This document shows, piece after piece, positions 1 through 11,900 of a DNA stretch of 64,000 nucleotides. A program made the position numbers and the translations under genes. Source of the stretch: Stegostoma tigrinum (Eukaryota); assembly GCF_030684315.1 (NCBI RefSeq), contig NC_081391.1, positions 13,245,342-13,309,341 of the forward strand, read 5' to 3'. Under the pieces are notes generated by a model. It saw only the letters and a program-made list of their open reading frames with translations. It was not told the origin of the DNA and made no database searches. The stretch's first letter is position 1, and each line of letters begins with the position of its first letter.

Positions 1-655
1 ACCAGAGTTTGTTGGATCTACACCAACTCACCACAGCCCAGACTGACCCTCATGTAAGCGTCACCTCTTCATTCTCATCACTGCCATGCCTCTTCAACTT
101 CATTGGCTGGTCTTTGTGGAGTGAAAATTTGTAGATGTAACTTTGTCCAGATGCTACATTGTACCTTTGTCATCATAATTATGATGACAATGTTAAATTG
201 CTCAACACTGAACTGAAATAGGAATTTGGATTACCGTCTGGTGGGAATGCTGATGTGATTTTTGGCTGCTGAATTGGGGATTGTTGCACTATACAATACA
301 ACTTGGAGCTCTTTAAGAAGGTGAGATGGATCAGCTGAAGTGTCCTCACTGGCACAAATTCTCCAGGTGCTGGCTTGGTTTTTTTAGGACTGAGTGGGTA
401 TGGTGAAATGTTTTGCAGTGGGAATTCTGAAGTTGTCTTTAATAGTGATTGCAATTTCTCTCATGTTCTGTTGCAGCTGTGACTTCCTGGAGACTCACTA
501 TTTGGATGAGGAGGTGGAGATCATCAAGCAACTTGGGGATGGAGATCATCAAGCAACTTGGGGACTACATCACTGACCTGAAGCACCTGGGAGCCCCTGA
601 GAATGGGATGGGAGAGTACCTGTTTGACAGGCTCTCCCTGGAGGACAGCAGTTAG
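1..655 (+). pseudogene. Ferritin copy A (partial: end of exon 3 and exon 4), frameshifted pseudogene
   Basis: Exon 3 ends at 53 (..TDPH|gt). Exon 4 (477-655) starts CTGTGAC instead of CTGTGTGAC (2-bp deletion) and carries a 25-bp tandem duplication (tggagatcatcaagcaacttgggga), so the net frame is still shifted. AATAAA at 781-786. Confidence 0.88.
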
Positions 656-2084
656 TGTGGCCTGGAGTACTGTCTGCTTGGTCTGAATGCATTCCCTACT
701 TCACCCTGGGCAACCTATCTTCTTCCAGGGAGAAGGGGCTTGTAGCTAAGAATAATGGCTGTACCAGCTGAATGCAAATGAATAAAATCATTTATGATCT
801 TATTGTCCATCATTCAGAGCACTGGATATTTTGGGAAATGTCTTATTGAGCTTGAAGGCAGTTCTCTTTCTGTAATTTGGCTGACCCAATTACTAATTGG
901 ACATGAAAACAACCTTTCAATGGATGTATTTACTCACTCTCGATCATTGCACAGTAACTAGATGGACTTCCTTTTTCTCATGACACAGGAGACTCAAGAC
1001 TTTCCCCTCTAAGTAGGATGAGGTTGGTGTTTTCCCCAATTGTGGGGTGGAAAATCTTCCAGATGTCAATTAGTACACTTGCAGATACTGTAGGTTCAAT
1101 TGTAGTTCAGAGCTTGTCTTCCTTTTTGAGACAGGAAGTTCCTGTACCTTCTCTAAGGGATAAACCAGACGCCCATTCCATAGAATCTGGGATATCTACG
1201 TACAATGCCAGGTTTCCCTTCCTGCAGCCTCCCCTCAGTCACCACGCGCAATGAGATTTGTCACTCGGACACTAATCTAATGGGAAGACAAGCCTGTGAT
1301 CTGGAGGCTGGATCAGTTGACAAAATGCTGGCGGGAGTAGATATATCAAGTTCTGCTCTAAATCCAGTTGCAGGAACCAGCTAAGTTAGGAAAGACCCAG
1401 GCTTGACTCATCTGGTGTAACCTCCCCAGTGAGGCCCTCCCATGACCAATATTTTCTATTCTCAGCATTGTTGTTTTTGGTCTCCTGTGGATGTAGCCAA
1501 GGGATCTTGGAGCCAGTTATGGGTCAAAGCAAGACCAGCACTGGAGGCCTGTGACCTTCTGTTTCTCCCCATCTCTTGTTCCAGCCAACTGCAGTTGCAC
1601 CCCCTGCCTGGTTAAATTTCTCTTGCCAGTTCTGAGGAAGGGTGGCTGGACTCACTGTAGGTTGGCTTTTTCATTCTTCCATCTGAGTAACATAGCACGC
1701 TCCATCTTTGCTCACCAAGGAGTCAGTCCACACTGGGGCTGAGCTTTTCCCAAGAGCAATCCAAAATTGTCTTTAATGTGGCATCCTCCCCTTCTTCCTC
1801 CTCCTTTCTCCACCACACCCCCCCCCTTCTCTCCCAGCATTTATTCCAACAAGCTGCCCAGCCCAGATCTGGGAAAATTCAGCCCAAACGTTCACAGAAG
1901 CCGCTTACCAAGAGGTCAGCTGGAATTCCCATGATCTGTATTGGATTACAATGTCTGCTCTCGATGCTAACAACAGGAAGTTGTAGTTTTTGCTGTAGAA
2001 TCCCTCAATGCGGGCAGATGCCATTCAGCTCATTCAATTTGTAATGGTCTACTGAGCAACCTCCTGCTCAGGGACACCCTATTC

Positions 2085-2335
2085 CCTTAATCCCACATTT
2101 CCCATGGCTAATCTAACAAATCCGAATGCCCCTTGTCACTGTCAGCAATTATCTTTGCCAATCGACCTGATCTGCAGGCCATGGGACTAGGGGAAGCAGT
2201 CGGAGCAGATGGTGGAAATCCATGCAGACACAGGGAGAATGTGCAAACTCCACTCATGTTGCCAAAGGCTCGAATTGAACCAGAGTCCCTGTGGCTGTGA
2301 CGTAACAGTGTTACCCACTGAGCCCCCATCACGTC
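2085..2335 (-). mobile_element. tRNA-derived SINE (HE1/V-SINE-like), degenerate
   Basis: The reverse complement reads gggctcagtgggtaacactg...cacagggactctggttcaattc (A/B-box-like), followed by the V-domain-like gagtttgcacattctccctgtgtctgcatgg. Orthologous copies lie in each intergenic spacer. Confidence 0.7.
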
Positions 2336-2379
2336 CAAAAGTACCAAACAAAAGGGGGAAGCTGTTGCACAGTCATCAA

Positions 2380-2668
2380 GTCGTACATCATGGAAATAGA
2401 CTCTTCTGCCCACACAGTCCCTACAGACCAGGTTTCCAAAACTCTGTAGTGCCATTTGGCCCATCTTCCTCTAAGCCATTCCTTTCCCCCATAAGTGTCC
2501 AAATGTCTTATCAAAGTGGTAATTATACGCACCTCGACCGCTTCTTCTGGCAGCTCGTTCCATACACACACACCACCCTCTGTGTGAAAACATGGTCCCT
2601 CATCTCCCTTTTAAATTTTTGCCCCTCTCCCCTCAAACCGATGCCCTCCAGTTTTGGTTCCCCTACCC
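2380..2668 (-). mobile_element. CR1-type LINE 3' fragment
   Basis: Minus-strand translations FTQRVV and VWNELPEEAVEVRIITTLIRHLD resemble the C-terminus of CR1 ORF2. The fragment recurs in each spacer (about 10375-10660, 27830-28115, 36325-36610, 53630-53925, 63650-63930). Confidence 0.7.
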
Positions 2669-3655
2669 TGTCCCAGCATGCTTTGTATATACAGTCAATC
2701 TTGAGTTTGCCAATGGCAAGGCTACATTGAGTGCTCAGCAACTGTTACACTTCAGGAGGTGGTGATGAGCTGCTTATTACAGTCCACCTGGTGTAGGAGA
2801 GACCGGAATGATGCTGCTGCTGCTGCTGAGGAGGGGCTTCTGGGATGTTCATTCACAAACTCTGATATTGTTCCAGGTCAGGATGGAGACAGATTTACAT
2901 GGAGCTGCTTGAGTGTTGCTGGGCCTGCACTGAGCCATAATTGTGAACAATCCCAGCACTATTAATTAATACTTACAAACTCTGGTCTTAAAGATCGCAG
3001 ACAGGTTTTGGACAGTCAGGAAGGAGTTGAGAAGTTCACAGCAGAATTCCCAGCCTATGACTTCCCCGTTTCTGAGCTGTTCATTCCACAGAATGTAATG
3101 TAAATAGCTGCAGAAACTCTCTGCTTCAAAACATGCTAGAGTTAAGTCCCAGTTGTCCTTGAAATTGTTAAGAACTGAATACAGAGATAAAAATGTTGAA
3201 CTCCAATATATTTCCAACAGCTGACAACTGGGCCATTTAAATATAGAGGCCTGAGGCCTACTGTGTGCCAGAGGCACTCAGAATATTTAAAGTTTTAATT
3301 TTCGAACTAGGCTTCATGAGATCTAACGTCAATGACAATCTGGCAGATTCAAAATGGATCCTTAAAGGACATCAGTTTCCTGTATTAAATGGTCCGGAAG
3401 CACAGGAATTCTGTTGCTGCACAGCGATAGGAAAATGTTTACTGTCAACAAAATCTGGCCATTTCTCACTGGGCTCCAACACTGTCGTTCAAAAGGTACA
3501 AAGAGGAATCCCTCAGAGTAACAAACTGACAGAATTCAGCAAATCTGTGAAGAGCGTGTCTTAACACATAAACGCAGATACAAAAGTGAAGTTCTCGAGT
3601 CTATTTTATTCTCATTTTCAGGTTGATAAACTTATACAATTTATTCTTGCACAGG

Positions 3656-3843
3656 AGGTCAAAGGTCATTTCAGCAAAACCATCATCGACCAGTTGTCAA
3701 TTCTGATCGGTTTCTGGATCCAATTCCCATCCTGCACTGATTGGACGTGGCAACTGATCAATTGATTAACAAGAGTGATTGGCCATCACTGATGATGTCA
3801 TTTCCTGCTCAAAAAATGAGGGTCTTCTCCTGGAGTATAAATA
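3656..3843 (+). promoter_or_regulatory. Core promoter of ferritin copy B
   Basis: Perfect DR1 AGGTCAAAGGTCA 3656-3668, inverted CCAAT boxes (ATTGG 3740-3744 and 3778-3782), CRE-like TGATGTCA 3793-3800, ETS-like TTTCCTG, and TATAAATA 3836-3843 about 100 bp before the ATG. The block is conserved in all copies. Confidence 0.75.
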
Positions 3844-3938
3844 GACCCCAATGGAATTGCTATTTTAGGTGTAGCTGATTTTCTTTCTATATTTATAATT
3901 TGGTTTTGGTGGATAAGGAAAGCTGTTTCTATCACAAG

Positions 3939-6900
3939 ATGGCCTCCCAGATCAATCAGAACTATCACCAGGATTGTGAAGCTGCTGTCAACAAGCAGAT
4001 TAATGTGGAGCTCACTGCCTCCTATCTCTATCAGTCTTTGGTGAGTGCTGTCCCTGTGGGGTTGGAGTTACTTCTGTTATGAAGTGAACTGTTTTTTTTA
4101 AAACAAACTAGATTAACACTCTTGTAGACTTGTTTGTTTTTTTTATTGTATGTCTTACCTATTTCTTGATTCAGGGTAAATGTGATGACAATGGGATATG
4201 ATACTGATATGTAGCAACTGAGGCCCCAGTTGGCTCAATGATATATGGAGGGTGAAGCATCTTGTGATTTATCTTACAATTCCTTTTAGGGCTGTGATTG
4301 CTTATAACTGGCTGTGGCTCTCCATAATTTTCTAAACTGCTGTCAAGTTTCAAGGATCAAGATAACCATTGGCTAACTACCTTTTTAAATCTGTCTTGAT
4401 GTATCTGCTTTAATTTTGTGCATGTAAATAAACAAACATACTGGTTTTGGTATTTACAATAAGGTGTTGTGGTAATTTGACAAATCAGATTTTTTTTAAG
4501 CTGAACTGAAGTCCTTGAGGTAAGACAAGCTGCTCCCTGCTTAAGTAGGTCTCCTATGTTTTGGCTTTCTGTACCCTATCGTGAGGTGGGTTTGATCCAT
4601 CACTGCACAACCTGTAGAAAGTTGATTTGTTATAGGTGCCTGCCCCCTGCCCCCCCTCACCCCCACCCCCAAAGGGGGCTGCTAGAACATGCTGAGGCTC
4701 TTGACCCAGAAATGAATGTTATTCCTTGACCTTTTATCCAGAAAAAACAAACTGGCTCCTCCCACCAGGTGGTGGTGCCCCTGTGCCCTTCCAAGGGGTA
4801 GAATGTGTCCAGAAGGTGTTGAGGTCCCCTTGGTGAGTGCTGCAGGGGACCTGGTAGATAATGGACCCTGAAAGGAGGTGGTGAATACAGTCCCCTTGAA
4901 GTGGGCTGCTCTGTCCTGGATGGTGTCTACTTCTTGCACGTTGCAGCTCCACTTCTCCAGACACATGGAGAATATTCATCTCTCTCTGGGCTTGTGCCTA
5001 TTGGAAGGAAGTCCTCTCTGGGCACATGAGGATCAAGTCCCTATAACTACCTTTTTGGGAGGTGGGAATAGCTTTAACTGGTGAACCAATTGTTGGGTTT
5101 TGGTCACTGACCACTGTCCAAACTCAATAGGGAATCTTGTGTGCTGATAATAAAATCCCCACTATTCTACAACTTAACTACCCAATTAAACCACTTTTTT
5201 AAACTTTTTGCTTGTATTTGAGGATTAAACTAACTTCTCACCTGGATTCTACCCAGGAACAACTTCTTCTTCTTTTGAAGTCAATAGACTATTCCTAATC
5301 AGCAATAACTTGTTGGATTGTGAATCTCAGTTGAAAAGTGAGTGGGGAAAACAATAGTTTAGCCTCTTGGAATAAGCTAAATTGAGCTCTCCAGCTTTGA
5401 ACAAGTCAATAATCTATAGGTCACACAGTCCTGCAGATACCATTAGGTCTCCTGAACATTGGATCTTGTTTCAGTTGTGTATTTTTTTAATGCTTTGCTT
5501 TGCAAGCTTCTGGCAACCTGAGTGCATGGCATAAACAAATGTGATAAACTATTGCTGCAACAAGCCAAAGGCTGTCACTGGGCAGGCTCTCCTTTAGCAC
5601 CAAGATTCTCCTAATCGCCTTCATTCTCCTGCATACTGCCACCAGCTGCTCTTGTAGAGCTGATTTTATGGTTAATAAAATACAGTACATCTGATCCAAT
5701 TGGTTGCAGAAGACCTGTACCTATTCGCTATATTAATGTCCAGCATCTGCATGTTACTCTAGCACCAGGGGAGACATGTAATGACTTGAAGTTACCTGAC
5801 CCTGTGCACATCCTGCATTCCAGCTCCTGGCACTTGTTTAAACCCTATTCAGTTCCCACTTCCATCCAATGCTGGAGGCTAGATGACAGAAATGTGCATT
5901 CAGCTCTTCTATCTAGGCTGTGCCAGACCCACACCCCCAAACAATTCAGCAGGGTTTACAAACCAGAACACTGAATTTGCATCTTACGTGGAAGATGCTG
6001 GGGTTGTTTGGTTTCCTCCAATTAAAGGAGCTGCTGGCTAATTTTGCAACACCATTAGTGAACATTGTAAGGTGTCAACAATTTTCAACTGATTGAATGA
6101 ATCATTAGTTTGCTTTAGACTGAACCAGTCCTCCAGTTCTGAGCATGAGAAATGGGGTCAATGATGTGTTTAATGGGCTTTAACTTTTGTTCTCCCTTCC
6201 AGATGTCCTACTTTGACCGGGATGATGTTGCCCTCGCCCATGTCTCCCGGTTCTTCAAAGATCAGTCCCAGGAGAAACAGGAACATGCAGAGAAGCTGCT
6301 GAAACTCCAGAATCAGCGTGGAGGCAGAGTCCTCCTCCAGGATGTGAAGGTTGGAGTTGGGGAGGGGGGTGCTGGTGTGGTGTGCAGGAATGGCAGCTCA
6401 TGGTGTTTTCTGTCACTAGTGACAAGATTTTCATGTTGTGAAGGTTGGATTTGGAGAAGGCAGGCAGTGGGGAGGAGATGTGAGAAATGGCTGCTTACGG
6501 TGTGGTTTCATGTCCTGAAAGAAAGTGAAAACTGTTTTGTTTGGCTCCCCTCCTTTTGACTAAAAGGAAAGAAATCCTAGAAACAAGCCTCTTGGCTCCC
6601 CTCCACCTGCTGCTTCCCCAACCCCACCCCACCCCATGCTGAGCCGACAAGCACCAAACCACATTAATCCCATTTACTGCACTTGGTCTACAGCCCCCAT
6701 GGCATTGGTAGTTGTCTAGAAGCTGCTTAAATATTGCAGCAGTAGATGCCTCCCACACTGCCCCCCCCCCCCCCCCCCCGTGTCCCTGCCCACTGCCCCC
6801 ACCCCATGCATTATTTTTCCACTACCCTCTCGGCAAAGGATTCCTCTAACCTGCTGACTCCTCACATCAGTGCCCTCTGGTCTTAATGTCTCTTTCTCCC

Positions 6901-8594
6901 CACCCCCTCATAGCAGACACTCCCCATCTACTATCAAGACTCCACACTAATCAAATGCCATCACATAAACATCTCAACTGACTTCACTCTGAGGATTGGA
7001 GTGAGAAATCTAATCTCTCCTTTTAATGGATTTTTCAGCCTTGGGGCAATGTCCTGGTGACCCCTTCCAGTGCCATTGTGGCTCTGGTCACCACACAGTA
7101 TTCCACCTTTGCATGGCCAATGCTGCAAAGTTTGTGACAAGACTGGAGTCCCTGTACTGCGCCCCAAGAAATGGGGAAGGGCATTGTGGAAGCCATCTTC
7201 CCCATCCTGTCTACACTTATGGATCCTTGAAATATCTCTAGTCTTGTTCTCTTGGTTCCTTTATTGTCAACATATTGCTGTCCCTTCAATGAATTAAATA
7301 GTAGTGATGCTTTTGATCATTCAGGTCAGTCCGAGATGAAGCCATAAGCACAAGTGGGACTTCAACCTGGGCCTATGCTCCAAACCTAGGGACAGTACCA
7401 CTGCATAACAAGCCCTGGGATTAAGTTGTGAATATCCTCCTTGGGATGCCATCAGATGGGCACTGACAATTCTGTGCAAACATAACTCTTATCCCCACTA
7501 TGACCTGGTCGTGAATTGACTCTCCTTTCGGAAGAAGCAAATAGGGCTAAGTGAAAGAAATGTTAAATAACTGATCTGTTCTTCCATAGGGCTTCAGGGA
7601 TGGCAGTGGTTAGCACAACTGCATCAGTGCTTGGGGCACAAGCTTAATTCTGGAGTTGACATGTTCACCACATCTCTACATCGGCTTCCTCCCACAGTCC
7701 AAAGATGTGCAGGGTAGGATAGGGCATGAAAAATGCAGGATTACATGGCTGGGGCTAGGACCAGGTTGGATGCTCTTCAGATGGTCATGAGTGGGCAGAA
7801 TGGCCTGATGCATGCTGCAGGGATTTTGTTTCTGAGGCTTACCTGTCCTTCTTTGCATCCTCAGAAGCCAGAGAGGGATGAGTGGGGTAACAGTCTGCAG
7901 GCAATGCAGGTTGCCCTGGATCTGGAGAAGAATGTGAACCAGAGTTTGCTGCATCTACACCAACTCTCCACAGCCCAGACTGACCCTCATGTAAGCTTCA
8001 TCTCCTCCTCATTCTCATCTCTGCGAGACCCTCAGGGTAACACTTCATTGGTTGGTCTGTGTGGATTGGAAATTCACAGGTGTGCACTGATCACTTTGGG
8101 TCCATGCTGCTGAGCAGTTGTTACATGGTGATCAGTAATGAAGTGAAATGGGAGATTGGGAGTGATGAAGTGATATTGGCCACTGAATTCCCATTCTCAC
8201 TTGGGAGCATTACAGTGGAATGATCATTGTCCATCACCATCCAACTCAGCTCCACTTCACAAACAGCAAGATGGAGCAGCTGAAATCCTATTGTCCTCAC
8301 TGGCACAGATTTTCCAGGTGTTAGCTAAATTTTCAGGGCTGTATGGAACTAGTATGGTAAAGCCTGTTTTTCAGTGGGAATTCTGAAATTGTCTTGGATA
8401 GTGTTAATGCACCCAGTTGTCATATTCCTCTGTTACAGCTGTGTGACTTCCTGGAGACTCACTATTTGGATGAGGAGGTGGAGATCATCAAGCAACTCGG
8501 GGACTACATCACCAACCTGAAGCGCCTGGGAGCTCCTGAGAATGGGATGGGAGAGTACCTGTTTGACAGGCTCTCCCTGGAGGACAGCAGTTAG
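3939..8594 (+). CDS. Ferritin subunit (L/M-like, 176 aa), copy B, intact 4-exon gene
   Basis: Exons 3939-4040, 6203-6349, 7865-7990 and 8439-8594, all GT-AG. Protein [45 protein letters not shown]...[22 protein letters not shown]...[18 protein letters not shown]...[13 protein letters not shown] has the ferritin signatures and vertebrate intron positions. AATAAA at 8724-8729. Confidence 0.95.
4760..5090 (-). mobile_element. Old LINE (CR1/L2-like) ORF2 fragment in intron 1
   Basis: Minus translation [12 protein letters not shown] resembles a LINE ORF2 C-terminal segment. Orthologous copies are in D (~22080-22370), G (~48235-48560) and H (~58320-58620). Confidence 0.45.
7597..7815 (+). mobile_element. 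tRNA-derived SINE (HE1-like) in intron 2 of copy B
   Basis: gggatggcagtggttagcac... head and the V-domain-like ggcttcctcccacagtccaaagatgtgcagg. It sits at the same position in all copies. Confidence 0.6.
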
Positions 8595-11500
8595 TGTGGC
8601 CTGGAGCACTGTCTGCTTGGTCTGAATGCATTCCCCACTTCACCCTGGACAACCTGTCTCCTTCCAAGGAGAAGGGACTTGTGTAGCAAAGAATGTAATA
8701 GCTGTACCAGCTAAATGGAAATGAATAAAATTATGTATTGATCTTGCTTATTGTCCATCATTCAGAGCTCTGAATACTTTGGGTGATAGCTCTTGCTTGA
8801 AGCCAGTTCTCTTCTGTAATTTGATTGGTCTAATTGGACTGGGCAACCCTTCACGGAATCACTCACTATCCCCACATTAGAATGTAACTAGATGGAGTGT
8901 TTTTTTGGTTATTCCTGTGGAAATTGAAGGTGCTTCTCCTCCAAATAGGATAAGGTTGGGATTTGTCAATTGTGGCATTGGCTTTCTTCTAGAGGACAAT
9001 TAGTGCGCTTCTGGATATGGTGGGTTCAACTGTAGCTCAAAGCAATTGTCTTCCTCTGGTGCCAGGAAGCTCCCACACCGTCCAAAGAGACTTCTCTACC
9101 CAGCCTGATAGAATTTGGGATAGTGGTGTTCAATTGCACATTTCCCTTGAAATCTCTTCCCCGCCTCAGCCATCCTGCGTACTCAATTATTGCCTGAATG
9201 ATGACAGCAACAAAAAGTGAAGACAGCCCTTTATCTACTGACCCAGCTGCCTGATCACCAAGGTCTAAAGGAAGAGGCCCAGCAGGCTCTGATTTCAATC
9301 CAGCTGGCGGAAGCAGCAGAGCTGTGAAACAATCTCGATGGCCTGGTATATCTCTTTTTTTTTTCCCCATTGGGCCCTACCCTGACCAAAACACACTATA
9401 TTCTCAGTATTGTTACTTTTTGGTTTCACCATCCCAAACTGTGGCTGGAGCTCCTTCTCTTCCGCCTCTTCCCCGCTTCTCTTTCCCCCCGCCCGCAACC
9501 CAACCTCTTCTTTCTTTTCTTTCCACGTGCCCCCAGCAGCCTTAACCTTCACCACAGCCCCTTCCCCTGGGAGTCAGCTCAAGACATTCACCTGAACTGG
9601 ACTGGATTATCATGTAGAGCCTCATTGCCGCTTACAGCAGGATAACAGGGACCTGGGAATAACACAGCAATGCACCTGGTTAAATGCTGCTGTTTGATTG
9701 GCTCTTGTTGCTAAAGCCAGCATTGAGCGCACTAAGCTGCTCCCTTGGTGAACATTATTCCTGATGCAGGTTGATTGGGTGAAATCACATTGAAGGAGCA
9801 AAGTGGCTCGGAGAGGAGACATGGAGATGCTGACTTTCCTTTACGGCTGCTTCTTTTATCTTTCAAGGTGTCAGAGATCATGGGTTCGTGAGGGGGCTAT
9901 CAGAGACATCCTGAGGATTGTTCCAGGGAGTTTTGTAGCGAGTGCACACTGCAGCCTTCATAGAGGTTGGCGGGGGGGGAGGGGTTGCTGCAGAGTCAAA
10001 AGGCACTCAACATATTTGTTCCACCACATAAAGCAATTTATTTTCGGTGAATAAGTCTGGGCTACAGTAACCCTCAAGTGCAGGAAGGGACCATTAGGCC
10101 CATTAAATCTGCATCGACCTTCTGAACAGCATCCTCTTTAGACCCAACCCCTTTGCCTTAACTCCACATTTCCCACGGCGAATCGACCTAGTCTGCAGGC
10201 CCCTGCTCACGATCGACAATCTGCAAATCATTGGGCTGTGTGAGGAAACTCAAGCACCTGGAGGTAATCCACGCAGGCCATCACCCATGGGTAGAATCGA
10301 ACCTGGGTCCCTGGCACTGAGGCGCCAAAGCATTCTAAAGTACCAAAGGAAAGGAATACACTGCGGCAAACTACATCATGGGAATAGACTCTGCAGCCCA
10401 GCCCGAACTTGCAGACCAGGTTTTCATAAACTGTGTAGTGCCATTTGCCTACATTTGGCCCATCTTTCTCTAAACCGTTCCTTTCCATGTAAATCTCCAA
10501 ATGTCACTTAAATGTTGTAATTCTATCCACCTCTACCACTTCCTCTAGCAGCTCGTTCCACACACGCACCACACTATGTGTGAAAATGTTGTCACTCACG
10601 CCCCTTTTAAATCTTGCCCCTCTCCCCTCAAACCAATGCCCTCTAGTTTTGGACCCCCCCTACCCTGTCCCAGCATGCTTTTTATATACAGTCAATCTTG
10701 AGTGTGCCAATGGCAAGGCTACATTTAGTGCTCAGCAACTCTTACACTTCAGGAGGTGGTAATGAGCTGCGTATTACAGTCCACCTGGTGTCGGAGAGAC
10801 CGGAATGATGCTGCTGCTGTTGCTGAGGAGGGGCTTCTGGGATTTTCATTCACAAACAGGGATATTGTTCCAAGTCAGGATGGTGACAGAGTTACATGGA
10901 GCTGCTTGAGTGTCGTTGGTGCTGCCTCCAGCGAGAACATTGTAAACTATTCCAGCACTACTCCCAATTTCAGCCTTATTGAGGGTGGGCAGGTTTTGGA
11001 AACTCAGGAGTTGAGTACTTCCTGACAGAATTCCCAGCATCTGAATTCCCAGTTTCTGAGCTGTACCATCTACAGAACGCAATGTAAACAGGACCAGAAA
11101 TTGCTCACTTGGAAACATGCTGGGGTTAATCGCTAGTTCTACTTCAACCAACGAAAAACGAAACTGGGAGACAGAAATGTTCAACGTGCGATACATTTCT
11201 AGCAGCAACTGAGACATAGAGGCCTGAGGCCTACTGTGTAGAAGAGGCACTCAGCACATTTAGCGTTTTGCTTTTCAAACTGGGCCTTCAAGGTCAAGGT
11301 CAGGGAGATCAAATCAGATGCAGATTGGATCCACAAAGTACATCAGTTGCCTGTTTTAGACGATCCAAAAGCACATTATTTCTGTTGCTGCACAGAAATA
11401 GGAAAATGTTCAGATCAACCAAATCGAGCCATTTTTCAAAGAGCTCCAACACCAACGTTCAAAAATTATGACGACTAATCCCTCAGAATAGCAATCCGAC

Positions 11501-11625
11501 AGAATTCTGCAAATCTGTGATGAGTGTGTCTTAACGCACAACCTCAGATACAGACGTGAAGTTTTAGAGTATATTTTATTCTCATTTTCAGGGAGATGTC
11601 CTTCCAGAATTTGCACTTGTGCGGG

Positions 11626-11814
11626 AGGTCAAAGGCCATTTCAGCAATTTCATCATCAACCAGTTGTCAATTCTGATTGGTTTTTTGACCCGATTCCCAT
11701 CCTGCACTGATTGGATGTGGCAGCTGATCAAGTGATTAACAAGAGTGTTTGGCCATCACTGATGATCTCATTTCCTGCTTCATAAAATGAGTGTTGCCTC
11801 CTGGAGTATAAATA
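11626..11814 (+). promoter_or_regulatory. Core promoter of ferritin copy C
   Basis: DR1 variant AGGTCAAAGGCCA 11626-11638, ATTGG boxes, TATAAATA 11807-11814. Confidence 0.7.
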
Positions 11815-11900
11815 GAGTCCCACGGGAGGGATGTTTATTGTTGCTTTTAACTTTGTCATTTTTGTGGTGAGGAAAATAAAGCAAGCGTTTCCTTTATAAG

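Noticed and set aside
2762-2829. C/D-box snoRNA-like pattern (GTGATGA...ATGATG...CTGA)
   Set aside because: There is no terminal stem, the location is intergenic, box C is mutated in one copy (GTAATGA at ~10759), and the would-be guide is a variable CTG repeat. An Rfam scan would be needed to revive it.
10846-11250. Recurrent minus-strand ORF MPLLHSRPQAS... (also 2966, 28383, 36850, 55973)
   Set aside because: It recurs only because the spacer is duplicated. Lengths and frames differ between copies, the starts are non-ATG, and there is no recognisable domain.
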